From positions 1,038,234 to 1,102,233 of the forward strand of contig MU058669.1 of NCBI GenBank assembly GCA_013265495.1: a stretch of DNA of 64,000 bases. Reading direction: 5' to 3'. The translations under genes and the position numbers were made by a program. Each line of letters begins with the position of its first letter. Position 1 is the first letter of the stretch. Shown in pieces: positions 37,931 to 51,686 of this stretch. The notes under the pieces are model-generated. The model did no database searches, was not told the DNA's origin, and saw only the letters and a program-made list of their open reading frames with translations. The stretch comes from Vicugna vicugna. Its lineage: Eukaryota.

Positions 37931-39789
37931 TGTGGTGGGGATGACAAGACTGGAAGGAGGTGGAGCCAGGACTTAAACCTGATTCAGGTGAATCCAGAAA
38001 CCACCCCTCTATACCAGCCACTTAGCCCATTTTTTTTAAGACGGAGGCCTCTCTGGCACTGTCTTTAGGTCTTGAAGACAATCCCCAGGGCTTCTTCACA
38101 AAGGGAGTGTATCATTGGGGTTAGAAAGCCTGAGTTTTGAATCACTTCAGTCGCTTCCCAGTGATGTGATCCTGCACAAACCACTTCCCTTCTCAGGCTT
38201 CCTTGCCTCCCTCTATGAAATAAAAGCACCTTCTTCCTCTGTCCATTTCTTATATTCACTTGATGGACTGTATTCACAGCAAAGATATTGCAGGGAGCCA
38301 GTTGGGAGACTCTGTGTCTAGTCCTGGCTCATCTCACTTACATTGTGCCATTGGACAATTCTTTTTCCACTTCTGGAACACAGGTTTTGTGAAATGGTTT
38401 GTAGGGGTCATTTCAACTCAAATTTCAAGGAAGATATTGAGGAAAACACCATGAACACACAATATGATAAGCTGCAGGAGAGCATAGCCACAATTAAGAT
38501 TACATGGTATGAGATGTGCTGTATGTGTCTTTAAGAAAGGCAGACTCACCTTCTCTAGAGATGAGCATCCTGTAACTGGCCAGTGCTGGGGATGCCATCT
38601 GTGGGCCTGGATCAGAGCAAAACCAAAAGCACAGAACAAATGGGACTGCACTGATGATGTTATGCTGGTACCACGGAATAATCAGCCAACCGTTACCCAC
38701 TACATATCTTCATATATGACTTGACATTACAAAAGCCAAGGTTTTTAAATCGTTGCCTGAACCATCTGGATAACACATATTTAAAATTAGCCAAAGTAGT
38801 CCAAGACTCGAGGGCTAGATAATGAATGATGAAATACATTTGATTACATTATTGTAAACAAGGAACTCTATTGTTTATCCATGTTCATATCCCAAGTATC
38901 TAAGACAGGGTCTAGCATGTAGTAAGCACTCAAACATTTGTCACTGAATAAAATAAATGAGTAACATTTAATGGAAACATTATTAAGTCCTACCCATTAT
39001 CTGTGTAATGGGACTCTTTAAATCCATGCTTAATAGCAACAAATGTTATATGTAAAAAGCTCCACTTCAAATTATTTTATCTGCTAACTAATCCTGGATT
39101 AAAAGACGTACCATATAAGAAAGAATTTATATTCTAGGCAAACCAAGGCCATGAGCCAAGAGGGGCCCATCAAGATTTTGCTGACCATAAGAGGCAACCC
39201 ACAGTGAGTGAGGCTGTGTGACCTTGAATGAACTTCACCTTTTGAGTCCTTAATGGCCACATTTATAGAATAGAGCACATTTAAATTTCATTGTAGCTCT
39301 AAAAGTCTATGATCTTAAGAAAATTCTTATTTTGCCTACATACAACATGATGTGACAGAGATTAAGTGAGAATCCTTCTGTTCAAGATAAAGTCTGATAT
39401 AATAGCAATGAAAAAAGATATTAGCCTTGGGTTGTTAAGCTCAAATTTTAGATTTGCTTCTTCCATTTGTCTACAAGATTTTAGGCAAGTCACCTTACCT
39501 CTCTGAGCTTTATTATTCTCATTTGTCAAATCGCTCATCTAGATGAAAGGTTTGGGGGAAGATAATTAAATAACAGAACTGCCGAAATCTTCTGCCTGCC
39601 ACAGTTTCCTGCCTGTCTCTGTAAGGCCCTTTAGAAATAATTTTGCTGAGTCTTCTAAGATTCCTGATGAAGAAACTAAGACCTGGAAAGGTAAATTGAT
39701 TTATCCAATGCTGAACAGCAAGTTTATTAAGACCTAGGGCAGATATTTTAGCTTTTTATTCATTCGATATATTTGGTCAGTGAGCATCT

Positions 39790-40010
39790 TAATAATACCA
39801 GCTACCCTTTGAGGACTTAAGCACTGTACTAGAAACGTTACATGAATTAATGTATAATTCTCAATGTAGCCCAAAGATGTAGGTCCTTTTTGTTATTCTT
39901 GTTTAACAGATAAGGAAACAGATTTGGAGAGGCTAAGTGACTTTCTCAAATTTACATAACTAATAAGTGATAAAGCCAGGAATTAAACACAGAGGGTTTA
40001 CTGTCTTAAG
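39790..40010 (-). mobile_element. MIR
   Basis: acagataaggaaacagatttggagaggctaagtgactttctcaa. Confidence 0.75.
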
Positions 40011-40109
40011 CACTAACCTCTGCTGGTCTCTACCACCATTCCTATTAATATGTCGTTTGGCACATGCCACAGACTGTTATCTTATGTCAGCCTAAGTTAC
40101 AATATAACA

Positions 40110-40585
40110 AAGGGGGCACTATAGTAAAGAGGATCCAGGCTGCTATGGGATTATCAGGCAGAACCCAGGGGAAGGGAGGAGAAGCCTGTGTCTTCTACAC
40201 AGTCTTTCAAGAAATTCTGTTTAGGTTGTACCTTGGAAATGGGGGTGGGATTGGAAATGGGAGAAAAGAATGTTCCAGGCAGAAGAAACAGCATGTGTGA
40301 GATCTGGAGAGGAGAAAGAGCACGACTCCCATGAAGAACTGCAAGAAGAATGATTGGGATGAGAGGTGCAGGGGGGAGACTAGCAGTGGCTTGATGCAGG
40401 CTGGCCCTGTGAACCTCAGTTCGGCGTGTACACATCCCATGAGGGCAGTAGGGAGGTATGGGAGGGTTTTAGGTGGGGCAGTGACATAATGTGACTTATG
40501 ACTGTGATTGCAAGTTGCAAATGGAGAGAGGCATTCAGGACTGGACGCTGGAGAGAGGTCAAGGAGTGTTGCAGTGATAGTGAAC
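40110..40585 (-). mobile_element. L2 fragment
   Basis: tgttccaggcagaagaaacagcatgtg...ttttaggtggggcagtgacataat. Confidence 0.7.
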
Positions 40586-41809
40586 CCGTTTCCAAATCCC
40601 CTAGACAAAAAAGGGGCTTTGAAAACACAAGTACTGATGATCTTATTACTTCCTAACTTCTGCCTGAGAATCTGTTGTTCTGGCCCTACTAAAGACCCCG
40701 TGATGTTAAATCCAAAAAAAGGTTTTTGCCGATTTTTTTTTTTTTTGAGATGGACCAGAGCTCGTTTTTCCTCTTGCTCCCTATTTGCCCACAGACCTAA
40801 GGGCTGCTCAACCTGCACAACCATTTTTTGTGAAGCCATTGGTTGATTAGCGGGTGGTGTCTTTACCCCAGCCATGTCCTCTGTTGTATTGTAGGCAAAG
40901 GGAGGACTACAGGATGCACAGCTTTGGAAGCGGACAGATAAGAGACCAGACCCTGTTTGGAGGCATTTAAACTTATTTCACAGTTAATACAGCATCTGGG
41001 GCACATTTTCCTACTTTTATGCCAATTTTTATATGTTTCTGCTGCACAGTCGGAAGCCAGGCTCATAAAAAGGGAGGAAAACGGTACAAAAAATAAAAGT
41101 AAGTAAGCGCATTCTGCTTTAACACTCCCAGGAGCCCTGAGGCCGGCAAGTTTATGAGTTAGAGGAAAAGAAAAAAACAACAAAACAAAAAACCTATGCC
41201 GCCGTATATATAAAGGAAAGGAAATGCTATCCCCTTGTATTTGAATACATTAGACAGAAATGGGAGAGGAAGCTCTCAGCAGAGAGCAGACCAGAATGTG
41301 TCACCAATTGTCCAGGTGGCTTGGAGCCAATCAGACCTCTTCTGTGGGTCTGTTTCTCACTTAGAAAACACAAAGTTTGTACCAAATGCTTTCTAAGAGT
41401 TTCTAGTTCTACAATTATGTTTATCATCCTTCACAGGCACAGGGGATACAGGCCGATATAGAAGACCTGGTTTCTGATCTCAGGAAATTGAAGTACAGGG
41501 TAAAAACAGGACTAACCTTATCTTACCTTTCTTTAGAGCAGAAATTTCTCTAATTACACTGCTGTGGAAAAGACTGAAACCTTTCTGAAAACTGAATAAT
41601 GCAATTTTACTTCTAACTTAAAGGAAGTAAATTAACATTGTCAGTGTTGAGGACTCTTGAAATAGATAGCTTCTCTACCTCTGTTTATACCATATAAACT
41701 AATTTAAAATGTTGTTTGATTTAGGAGAAAGGGACATATGGCTATTTTGATTTAATGTAACATTACTTTCATGGTTTTCCGTCAATAGCTTAGACTTTTA
41801 AGTAGGCAA

Positions 41810-42040
41810 AAGCTTAGGGGTTAAACCGTAAACTTCTGTGTTATGCTTGAATTTGGATTTAGGCTCTGACATTCTAGCTATGAGTCCTTGAGAAAATTAC
41901 TTCAGAACCCATTTCTTCAGTGATAAAATGGGAGCAATAAGAGTACCCACCTCACATATTTATTGTGGGAATTAACTCAAGTAAGGTCCCCAAACATTAG
42001 GCATAGTGTTTGGTAAAATACCTGCTGTGTGAGTATTAGG
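41810..42040 (+). mobile_element. MIR
   Basis: taaaatgggagcaataagagtacccacctcac...attgtgggaatt. Confidence 0.7.
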
Positions 42041-42150
42041 TATAGGGTACGTAGTATGAAAAAACAACTCAGTAGGTTTGAACTGGACCTTGAAGGAGGA
42101 GGAAGATTTGAACAAATTCAAATAAGGAAATAAAGATCCCATTTGGCAGT

Positions 42151-42680
42151 TATGGTAGGTTGCAAAGAACAACCCCAATTCTTCATCACTTCCTGTTTTC
42201 ATTCCTTTTGTAATATGACTTTATAGCTCCTCCCATGAAGAGATAATCTGGAGATAGTCTGTGTCCTTATCTCTTGAATGTTGAGTGAACTTTGTGGTTT
42301 GCTTTAGCAAATAATATGTGGTGTAAACAGTATTATGCCAATTTCATGCCCAGGCCTTACACATTTTCCTCCTTCCTTTGAAACTCTGCTTCAGCTATGA
42401 GAACAAGTCTAGCTGGGCAGCTGCAGGAAAGGGGTCTTGTGCAACAGAGCTGAATTAGTCAAGTTGTCCAAGCTGAGGTCCCAGCCACCTGAGAGGCCCA
42501 GCTAGAACCACCTGACTGACTTTAGCTGCCTTCAGATGGGTGAGTGAGTCCTGCCAGCTCAGTTCAGATAAGCAGAGATATCCAGGAAACCCATAGACTT
42601 CTGAACAATAATAAATAATTGTTGTTTTAAGCCACTATGTCTTAGATGAGTTTGTTACACAGCAATAGCTAACAGATACT
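42151..42680 (+). mobile_element. MaLR (MLT1F/G/H-like) solo LTR
   Basis: Ends gttgttttaagccactatg...tttgttacacagcaatagctaacagatac. Confidence 0.85.
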
Positions 42681-43129
42681 GTGTTGATGGTGGCGAAAGT
42701 AGAGAAAAGGGAATAGGAAAATAGTTTCAACCATAGGAGGAGATTAAGCTGAATAAAATAGATGTCACACATATATGAGCTGGAGAATATTAGGTTTTGT
42801 AGCAGAAATGAAGACAAGTTATGGAGTATATTAAAGTGTACACAGAAAGAATGAAAGAGTCATTTATTATAATTTGTGTGAAAGTAAAAACATTTCTGAA
42901 TGAAAAGACCATAAATTAGAGTGTAGGAAAAGGATAAATGATGTTGGTAACAAATGGCATTAAAAACTGGTACCCTTAATATAGAGAGTCCTAAGATACC
43001 TATCAAGAAAAATGAACAAACCCCCACAAACCCCCTAAGACCAATTGAAAACATTCCCTTTATCTTAGGGCTGTTGTACATGTTGATAGCAGCCTTCTCT
43101 CTTTGTCTAAGTACTTTTGATTCATATTT

Positions 43130-43385
43130 TTGATCTCAAGTCTCTTCTTCAGGGACATCTTTCCTGAACTTCCAGATCATAGTGGGTCCTCCTGGTTTAT
43201 GCTTCCATAGCAACCTGCTGTTCTTATTTCACTCACCATTATTTGTTCAATGTCTGCTATCTCCACTGGATTGTAAATTCCATAAGCCATGAATTGAAAC
43301 TATTTTTTTTCACCAATATGATTCCGGGATCTTGCAAAATACCTGACATAGGGTAGACATTCAATAACCATTTGAAAATAATGAG
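43130..43385 (+). mobile_element. L2 3' end
   Basis: tctccactggattgtaaattccat...tacctgacatagggtagacattcaataa. Confidence 0.7.
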
Positions 43386-44774
43386 TCCTTGAGTGATGAC
43401 CATCAAACAAAATCACTTACCAAAAACCAAATGAAAATAAAACAAAAGCGTGATTACAGAAAGCCAGTACCCATGGAAAAAAAGTCCAGTCCAGCCATAC
43501 ATGTAATCAAGAAATGCAAATGAAGACAAGATATGTCATGTAGCTGACAAATAGGACTAAATTGGAAGAAAATGATTAGCAATTAATGCAGTTGTTATGG
43601 AAAGCAGTTTAGCAAAGTTTTAGTTCAAATATTCACACCCTTTAGCCAGCAATTGCAGTTCCAGAGAAACAAAACCAGATGTAGTCTAAGTATTATGACT
43701 AAAGGTGGCAATTGATACTAATTTTAATAGAAATGTGTATGATCAGTAATATTATTGTATTTAGTCAATATAGTTTAAAGTTGGAACATGGGTTCTGAAA
43801 TAAAAGAAGTACATTTTAACCCTGAGTCCATCACTTATCAGTTACGTAGTCAGAGCCTAATAATTGAAACTCACTGACCCTTATGACTTCATCTATAATA
43901 GTGACAGTGCATTAATCAGTAAATGTCTGGGTTTTAGGAATTAGTCATTCATTTCACTTTCATTGTACACTCATAGGCTCATTACTCTTTGAGGGAGCAG
44001 TAGCTTGCATTATTTCAATATCTCAGTTTGCTTTTCTCTGTTCTTTATGGCCCTAAGCAGTTGAGAGAAGTCGGTCTATTCTGTGTGTTAATATGTTTAA
44101 ATGCAGCTTAGAACTACCAGAGGCAACAATGAGTTATGGAGTAAGGAAAGGGACCACTCCACCTCTCTGTCTCTCTTTCTCTGTTGTCTTTTGCTGCCAT
44201 GGTTTCCTCTGTTCTGAGCTACTTTTTTTTCTCACAAAAAAGTCTACTCTTGAATGCTAAGTATTTTCTCTCTTAAAAAAAAAAAAAACAAAAAAAAACC
44301 CCAAAACAAGCAATTGAATGGTTAATGATAACCAGTGTTTATTGGGCTACGTGGCATGTCTAAATTCTTGACGAAAGACCAGATTAAGCCAGTAAACGTG
44401 ACAAAAATGTGGTGTTCTTAGATATTAGGATTATAAAATTAACATGGTTACTCTATCTTTAAGAAATATTTTTGGAGCCCAGTTTTGTCTTAGAAATGAA
44501 CTTGAGGTCACAGATTTAGATATCTAGCTATCCCTGTTTCTCTCTTGTCAATGTTCTATGATACAATGTGTTTTATTCAAGAGTAGCTGGCAGTGTTTTG
44601 TCAGTCATGATGAATAATCCTAAATGGTTTACTTTTTGGCTCTTTTAAAAATAATTTGCTTTTTCTTTATTAGAGAGTTTGAAATCAGTATAAGTCTGTT
44701 TTGTAGGGATAAATATTAAATAGTATGGCATACTATTTAGGAAATAACTGAAGTATTTTAATTGATTTTTAAAG

Positions 44775-45258
44775 CTAAACTTTTTCTTTGGGAATAATTT
44801 TCAACTTATAGAAAAAATAATAAAAATAGGAAAGAGAATTCCCATATATATCCCTCACGCCCTTTCTCTCATTGTTAACCTCTTACATTACCACGGTACA
44901 TTTACCGAAACTGAGACACTGACATTAACTATGAACTAAACGTTGAACTTTCTTTGGATTTTAGTGCTCTGACTTGGTGTCTTTGTGTCTGAGAATCCAG
45001 TTGAGGGCAGGTACCACGTTGTGTTTACTGATCACCTCCTCATTCTCTGGTCTATAATGATTTCTAAGTGTTTCTTTGCTTTTCATGGCTTTGACAGTCT
45101 TAAGGAATACTTGCCAGGTGTCCTGTAAAATATTCCTCAATCCAGGTTTGTCTCCTGTTTTTCTCATGATTGACTGGAGTTGTGGGCTTATGGAAAGAAT
45201 ACCACAGAAATGTAGTGTCCTTGTTACCACATATCATAGGGCATGTAATATGGACATA
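44775..45258 (-). mobile_element. L1MC-type 3'UTR fragment
   Basis: gttaacctcttacattaccacggtacattt...ttttctcatgattgactgg. Confidence 0.7.
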
Positions 45259-46708
45259 ACACACTATTAATGTGAGTGTATAAATACCTCTTTGAGACCT
45301 TGATTTCAGTTCTTTTGGGTTTATCTCCAGAAGTGGCATCATAGGATCATTTAGGAATTCTGTTTTTAATTATTTGAGGGGGAACTTCCATACCGTCTTA
45401 CATAGTGGCTATACCATTTTACATTACCAGCAACTGTGCACACAGAGGTTCAGTTTCTTCACATCTTTGCTGATGATTTTATTTATTTATTTTGATAACA
45501 TCTGTCCTAATGGTGTGAGGTGCTATCTCAGTGTGACTTTGATTTTCATTTCCCTAGCAATTAGTAATGTTGAGCATCTTTTCATGTGTTTGTTGGCTAC
45601 TTGTATGTCATATTTGGAGAAATGTCTAGTTAAGTCCTTTGCCCATTTTGGAATTGTGTTGTTATTTTGTTGTTGAGTTTTAGGGGTTCTCTATATATTC
45701 TGGATATTAATCCTTTATCAGATACATGATTTGCAAATATTTTCTTCTGTTCTTTGGGTAACTTTGTTACTCTGTTGATAGTGTCTTTTGATGCACATTA
45801 AAATTTTTCCAAAGTCCAGTTTGTCTGTTCTTTGTTTTTGCTCCCTGTGTCTTTGGTGTCATATCCAAGAAATCATTGCCAAATCTCATGTCATGAAGCT
45901 TTTGTCCTATGTTTTCTTCTAAGAGTTTTATAATTTAGGTCTTAAATTTAGGTCTTTGATCCATTTTTAGTTAATTTTTATGTGTGGTGTTAGGTAACAG
46001 TCTAACTTCATTCCTTTGCATGTGAATATCCAGTTTTCCTAGCATAATTTGTTGAAGAGACTGTCCTTTTCCCATTGAATGGTCTCGGAACCCTTCTCAA
46101 AAATCATTTGACTATATATGCAATTGTTTATTTCTGGGTTCTCAAGTCTATTCCATAAGTCTATATGTGTATCTTTATGCCAGTATCACCCTGTTTTGAT
46201 TATGGTAGCTTTGTAGTAAGTTAGAAATCATGAAATTGTGAGGCTTCCAGCCTCATCTTTTTCAAGGTTGTTTGACTATTCAAGGTCCCTTGAGATTCCA
46301 CTAGAATTTTAGTTTAGGTTCTCTATTTCTGCAAAAAGGATCACTGGGCTTTTGATAAGGATTGCATTGAAATCTGTAAGTGTCTTTGAGTAACTTTACA
46401 TCTTAAAAATATTAAGTATTCTAGTCCATGAACAAGGAATATATTTTCATTTACTTTTGTGTTCTCTAATTTCTTTCAGCAATATTTTATAGTTTTCATT
46501 GTATAAGTCTTTCACCCCTCTTAAGTTAATTCCTAAGTATTTTTTGTGTGATATTATAAATTGAATTTTTTTCTTAAAGTCTTGTTCAGATTGTTCATTG
46601 TTAGTGTATTAAAATGCAACTGATTTTTGTATGTTGATTTTGTTTCCTGCTATTTTGTGACAAAATAGTTCTTTTTTTTGCTAATTCTGACATCTATTTT
46701 ATTTTGAG

Positions 46709-49526
46709 TTTTTTTAACATTTTTTTTATTGAGTAATAGTCATTTTACAATGTTGTGTCAAATTCCAGTGTAGAGCACAATTTTCCAGTTATGCACGAAC
46801 ATACATACATTCATTGTCACATTTTTTTTTGCTGTGAACTACCACAAGATCTTGTATATATTTCCCTGTGCTAAAGTATAATCTTGTTTATCTATTCTAC
46901 ATTTTAAAATCCCAGTCTGTCCCTTCCCATCCCCTGCCCCCTTGGCAACCACAAGTTTGTATTCTATGTCTATGAGTCTGTTTCTGTTTTGTAGTTACGT
47001 TTTTTTGTTTTTAGATTCCACATATGAGTGATCTCATATGGTATTTTTCTTTCTCTCTCTCTGGCTTACTTTACTTAGAATGACGATCTCTAGGTTCATC
47101 CATGTTGCTGCAAGTGGTGTTATGTTGTCGTTTTTTTGTGGCTGAGTAGTATTTCATGGTATAAATATACCACAACTTCTTTATCCAGTCACCTGTTGAT
47201 GGACGTTTAGGCTGTTTCCATGTCTTGGCTATTGTAAATAGTTCTGCTATGAACATTGGGGTGCAGGTGTCATTTTGAAGTAGGGTTCCTTCTGATATAT
47301 GCCCAGGAGCGGGATTCCTGGATCATACGGTAAGTTTATTCCTAGTCTTTTGAGGAATCTCCATACTGTTTTCCACAGTGGCTTCCCTTGCTTCCCACTC
47401 TTAATGATTTAGATGTCTTCTTTTACAATTTTGTGTTTATTTGTAATTCATGGTAGTTACCACCTTTCCAGTTATGAATTTCTCATTTTTGTACCATCCT
47501 GCTTCTTTTCTATTTAGAGTAGACCTGTCAATATTTCTTTAGCATGGGTTTAGTGTTGCTAAACTCTTTTAGTTTTTGCTTGTGTGTGAAGTTCTTTATC
47601 TCCTTCTATCCTAAAGGATAGCCTTGCTGGATAAAGTATCCTAGGCTGCATCTTTTTTTCATTCAGGACTTTGAATATATCTTACCACTCCCTTCTGGCC
47701 TGTAGTGTTTGTGTAGAGAAATCAGCTGAAAGCCTTAGAGGGGTTCCCTTGTAACTCACTCTTTGTTTTTCTCTTGCAGGCTTTAGGATCATTTCTTTAT
47801 CCTTGACTCTGGCCATCTTGATTATAATATGTCTTGGTGTGGGTCTGTTTGAATTCTTCCTGTTTGGGACCCTCTGAGCCTCCTGTACTTGGATATCTGA
47901 TTTCTTCTTTAGGTTTGGGAAGTTTTCATTCATGATTTCGTCAAATACCTTTTCAATCCCCTTTGTTCTTCCTTCCCCTTCCAGAACCCCTATTATGTGT
48001 AGATTGGCACGCTTTATATTATCCCATAGGTCCCTTATGTTGTTTTCATTGTTTTTATTTGTTTTTCTCTTGGCTGTTCTCATTGGGTGCTTTCTGTTGT
48101 CCTGTCTTCTAGGTCACTTATTCATTCCTCCGCGTTATCTAGCCTGCTTTGTACAGCCTTTAGGTCAGCTCTCAACTCAGCCAATGAGTTTACTAATTCT
48201 ACTTGGTTCCTTATAGCTTCTATTTCATTTTTGACATATTTTATATCTCTAAATACTATTTCTTTTAGTTCCTTTAGTACTTTGATCACTCCTTTTTTGA
48301 AATCTTGATCTAGTAGGCCATCAATGTCTATTTCCTTGATCATGCTTTCAGGGGATTTCTCTTGATCTTTTAATTGGGAGTGGTTCCTATGCTTCTTCAT
48401 ATTGCTCATATCTCTCTGGCACTGTGGCTGGTGGGTGGGCGGGTCACTCCCCCTCCCGATGTCACAGTCAGATGCTGCGCTTGGGCGAGGCAGGTGGGCA
48501 GATCGCGCCCCCTCCAAGCAGGTGCTGGAGGGTGCTGCATTCCTGCCAGGAAGGCGGGTGGCTGCCCGCCCTCTCCTGGCGCCTGTCGCTCCGCTGCTCT
48601 GTGTAGCTGCCTGCTCTGCTCCGGAGGCGGGCTCGGGGAAGACTGTGGAACAGCCCCGCCCCTGCTCTGTGCCAAATCTCAGCTCCTTGTTTGTCCTGGC
48701 AGTGCGAGTTCTCTGAGGTACCAGGGCAGAAAGATCCTATCTGCCTTGGGCTGTAAACAAGTCTCAGTCCTGCCTAGGAGGTAAGGAGCCCCTGGGTGTG
48801 GATTCAGGTCTCTGTCCTACCCCTACCTGGGCGCTGCACACAGGAGGAGATGGTGACTGTGGCTGCGCCCCACCTCTCTTCTCGCAAGAAGCGCCAGTAA
48901 TGGCGCCGCAGGTCTGAGGAGACAAAGGCTACCGCACCCCTCCCCCCAGGGCACAACAGCCTTGTTGCTTTGCTCTTTTTTTGCAATTTATGGGGGACCG
49001 AGGTTGTTCTGCTCCATATCCCTTCCCAGCCACGGCATGCAGCACCCTGCAGTCCCCCGGGGCTGCCTCAGTGCCACTGTCCCAGTCCTCTGCCCGGCTT
49101 GGGCGGCCTGTCCCAGCCCCCAGCTGCTGGCTCTTGTCTTGGGCTGGGTGTCGCAGGGACCCTTTGTGCCCATTTAACTTAGTTCTGTCGATCAAGAGGT
49201 GCTTGGGGCAAATCTGAGCCTCGGAGGCTTCTCCTCCGTTCCTGCTGGCCTCTCCATTGGAGAGAGGGAGACCCAGCAGACGAGCACTAATCCTCCTTTG
49301 CTGCTCCCTCCCTGTGGGACCGGTCCTGCAATATTTTTTTTTTATCCTTTCTTTTTTCCTTTTCTCCTACCAAATTTTTGGTGTCTTTGTCTTTCAAAGA
49401 GGACCATGTTCTGTCGGAGTTCGGCAGGTGCTCTGGTTGGCTGAGTGGGTCCGTAGATGTGAGTTTTGTTGTATTTGTGGAAGAGGGTGAGCTACAAGTG
49501 TCCTTCTACTCTGCCATCTTGCTTCT
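46709..49526 (-). mobile_element. Young L1 with 5'UTR, ORF1 and 3' end but lacking nearly all of ORF2 (HAL1-like)
   Basis: 5' terminus with YY1-type CAAGATGGC (ctgccatcttg at 49511-49521), GC-rich 5'UTR 48410-49520, ORF1, junction at 47383/47384, ORF2 C-terminus, 3'UTR and poly(A). Confidence 0.9.
47514..48409 (-). pseudogene. Disrupted L1 ORF1p
   Basis: RDLWDNIKRANLHIIGV, IMNENFPNL, RPTPRHIIIKM and LSADFSTQTLQARREW are ORF1p motifs. Broken by premature stops (47682, 48122) and an apparent frameshift. Confidence 0.95.
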
Positions 49527-49529
49527 CTA

Positions 49530-49712
49530 ACTTTTTTTTTAATTAGAGTATAGTCAGGTTACAATATTGTGTTAATTTCCAGTTATCACCTGTTGTACAT
49601 ACACACATATGTATATATTCCTTTTCATATTGTCACTATAGGCTATTACAAGGTATTGAATATAGTTCCCTGTGCTATACAGTAAGGCCTTGGTGTTTAT
49701 CTGTTTTATATA
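49530..49712 (-). mobile_element. Short L1 3' end, middle layer of the nest
   Basis: ttgaatatagttccctgtgctatacagtaagg. Flanking repeat taattctgaca (46682-46692) and taattctaaca (49713-49723). Confidence 0.85.
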
Positions 49713-51686
49713 TAATTCTAACAGTTTTTTGTGTGTATGTTGATGCTTTAGGTTTTTCTACATAAAATATTGTATTATCCACAAGCTTCCAATTTGGAAG
49801 CCCTTTCTTTTTCTTCCTTCATTGCTCTGGATAGAGCTTCTAGTACTATGTGAAATAGAAATGGAATAAGCTTTCTTGCCTTGTCCTTGATCTCAGGAAA
49901 AAAAGCTTTCAGTCTTTTCACTGAGTGTGATGCTCACTGTCGTTTTTTCATATATGGCTTCTATTGTATAAGATTTGTTCGTTTTTATTATATTGGGATT
50001 GTTTCCTAGTTTCTTGAGAGTTTTTATGATAAATGGGTGTTGAATTTTGTTAAATGCTTTTTCTGCATCAATTGAAGTGATCATGTGGTGGTTTATCCTT
50101 TATTCTGTTAATGTGGTATGTTACATTGGCCAATTTACATATGTTGAACCTTCTATTCTAGGAATGAATCTCACTTGGTCATAGTGTGTAATTCTTTTAA
50201 TATACTACTGAATTGAGTTTGCTCGTATTTTGTTGAGATGTTTTTGCATCAGTATTTATAAGGGACATTGGTCTCTAGTTTTCCTTCCTTGTAGTGTCTT
50301 TGTCTGGCTTTAGTACCAGGGTAATGCTGGCCACAAAGAATGAATTTGGGAATTTTCCTTTCTCTTCATTTTTTAAGAAAAGTTTAGAAGGATTTGTGTC
50401 CAGGTTTTCCTTTGTGAGAAGATTCTTGTTTATGAATTCAAATCTCCTTACTAGTTATAGGTCTATTCACATTTTCTATTTCTTTATGATTTAGTCTTGG
50501 AGGGTTTTACATTTCTAGGAATTTGTTTACTTCATTTAGATTATCCCATTTTTTGGCATTCACTTGCTAATGATGCTGTTTTATGATCCTTTTTATTTCT
50601 TTAGAATAGATAGTAGTATCCCTGCTTACATCTCTGTTTTTAATAATGTGAGTTTTCTCTCTTTTTTAGTCCATCTAGTCAAAATTTTGTCAATTTTTTT
50701 ATCTTTTCAAAGAACAAACTTTTGATTTCATTGATATTCTCATTTGTTTCTCTATTCTCTATTGTATTTATCTTTGCTGTAATCTTCATTATAATTTTAT
50801 CTTTGAGTTTAGTTTTTTCTTCTTTTCCTAATTCCTTAATTTGTAAAGTTAGTTTTAAATTTGAGATACTGCTTTTTTTTAATATCAGCATTTATAGCTA
50901 TAAATTTCCTCCTTAACATAGGCTTTGCTGGATCTCATAAATTTTAGTATGGTGAATTTTTATTTTCATTCATTTCCTAAGTATTTTCTAATTTACCTTG
51001 TGATTTCTTTGTTGATCCATTGGTTAATGCCCCCAAATGTGTAAATTTTTCAATTTTCCTTCTGTTACTGATTTTTGACTTCCTCCTGTTGAGAAAGATA
51101 CTTTGTATGATATTTCTCTTTTTAAATCTCTTGAGACTTAATTTGTGGTCTAATATATGGTCTATTCTGAAAAATAGGCCATGTGCACTTGAGAAGAATG
51201 TGTAATCTGTTGTCAGGTAAAGTGTTTTGTATATGTTAAATCTAGATGGCTTATTGTGTTGTTCAAGTTTTCTGTTTCCTTACTTATTTTCTATCTGGTT
51301 GCTCATTCTATCCATTATTGAGAGTAGGGAATTGAAGTATTCAACTATTATTATAGGACTACATATATATACCTTCAGTTCTGTCTATTTTGCTTCATAC
51401 AATTTGGTGGTCTATTATTAGGTACATAAATGTTTACAGTTGTTGTATCTTCCTCTCATTTTGAACATTTTACTAATATATAAAGTTCTCCTTAGTTTCT
51501 TATAAACTTTTTGATTTAAAGTCTTTTGTGTAATATTAGTATAGCCACTCCTGCTCTCTTGTGGCTATTATTTGCCTAGAATTTTTTTTCCATCCTTAAC
51601 TTTCAACCTTTTTGTGTCTTTGGATCTAAAGTGAGTGTCTTGTAGACAGCGTATAGTTTTTTCTTTAAAATCCGTTCTCTAAGTAT

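Noticed and set aside
40207..40875. Longest ORF in the track (222 aa, minus strand)
   Set aside because: It runs through a decayed L2 and a homopolymer run, with no recognisable domain; most likely a chance ORF.
48374..49490. GC/CpG-rich region with many ORFs resembling a gene promoter
   Set aside because: It is the 5'UTR of the young L1, not a host CpG island.
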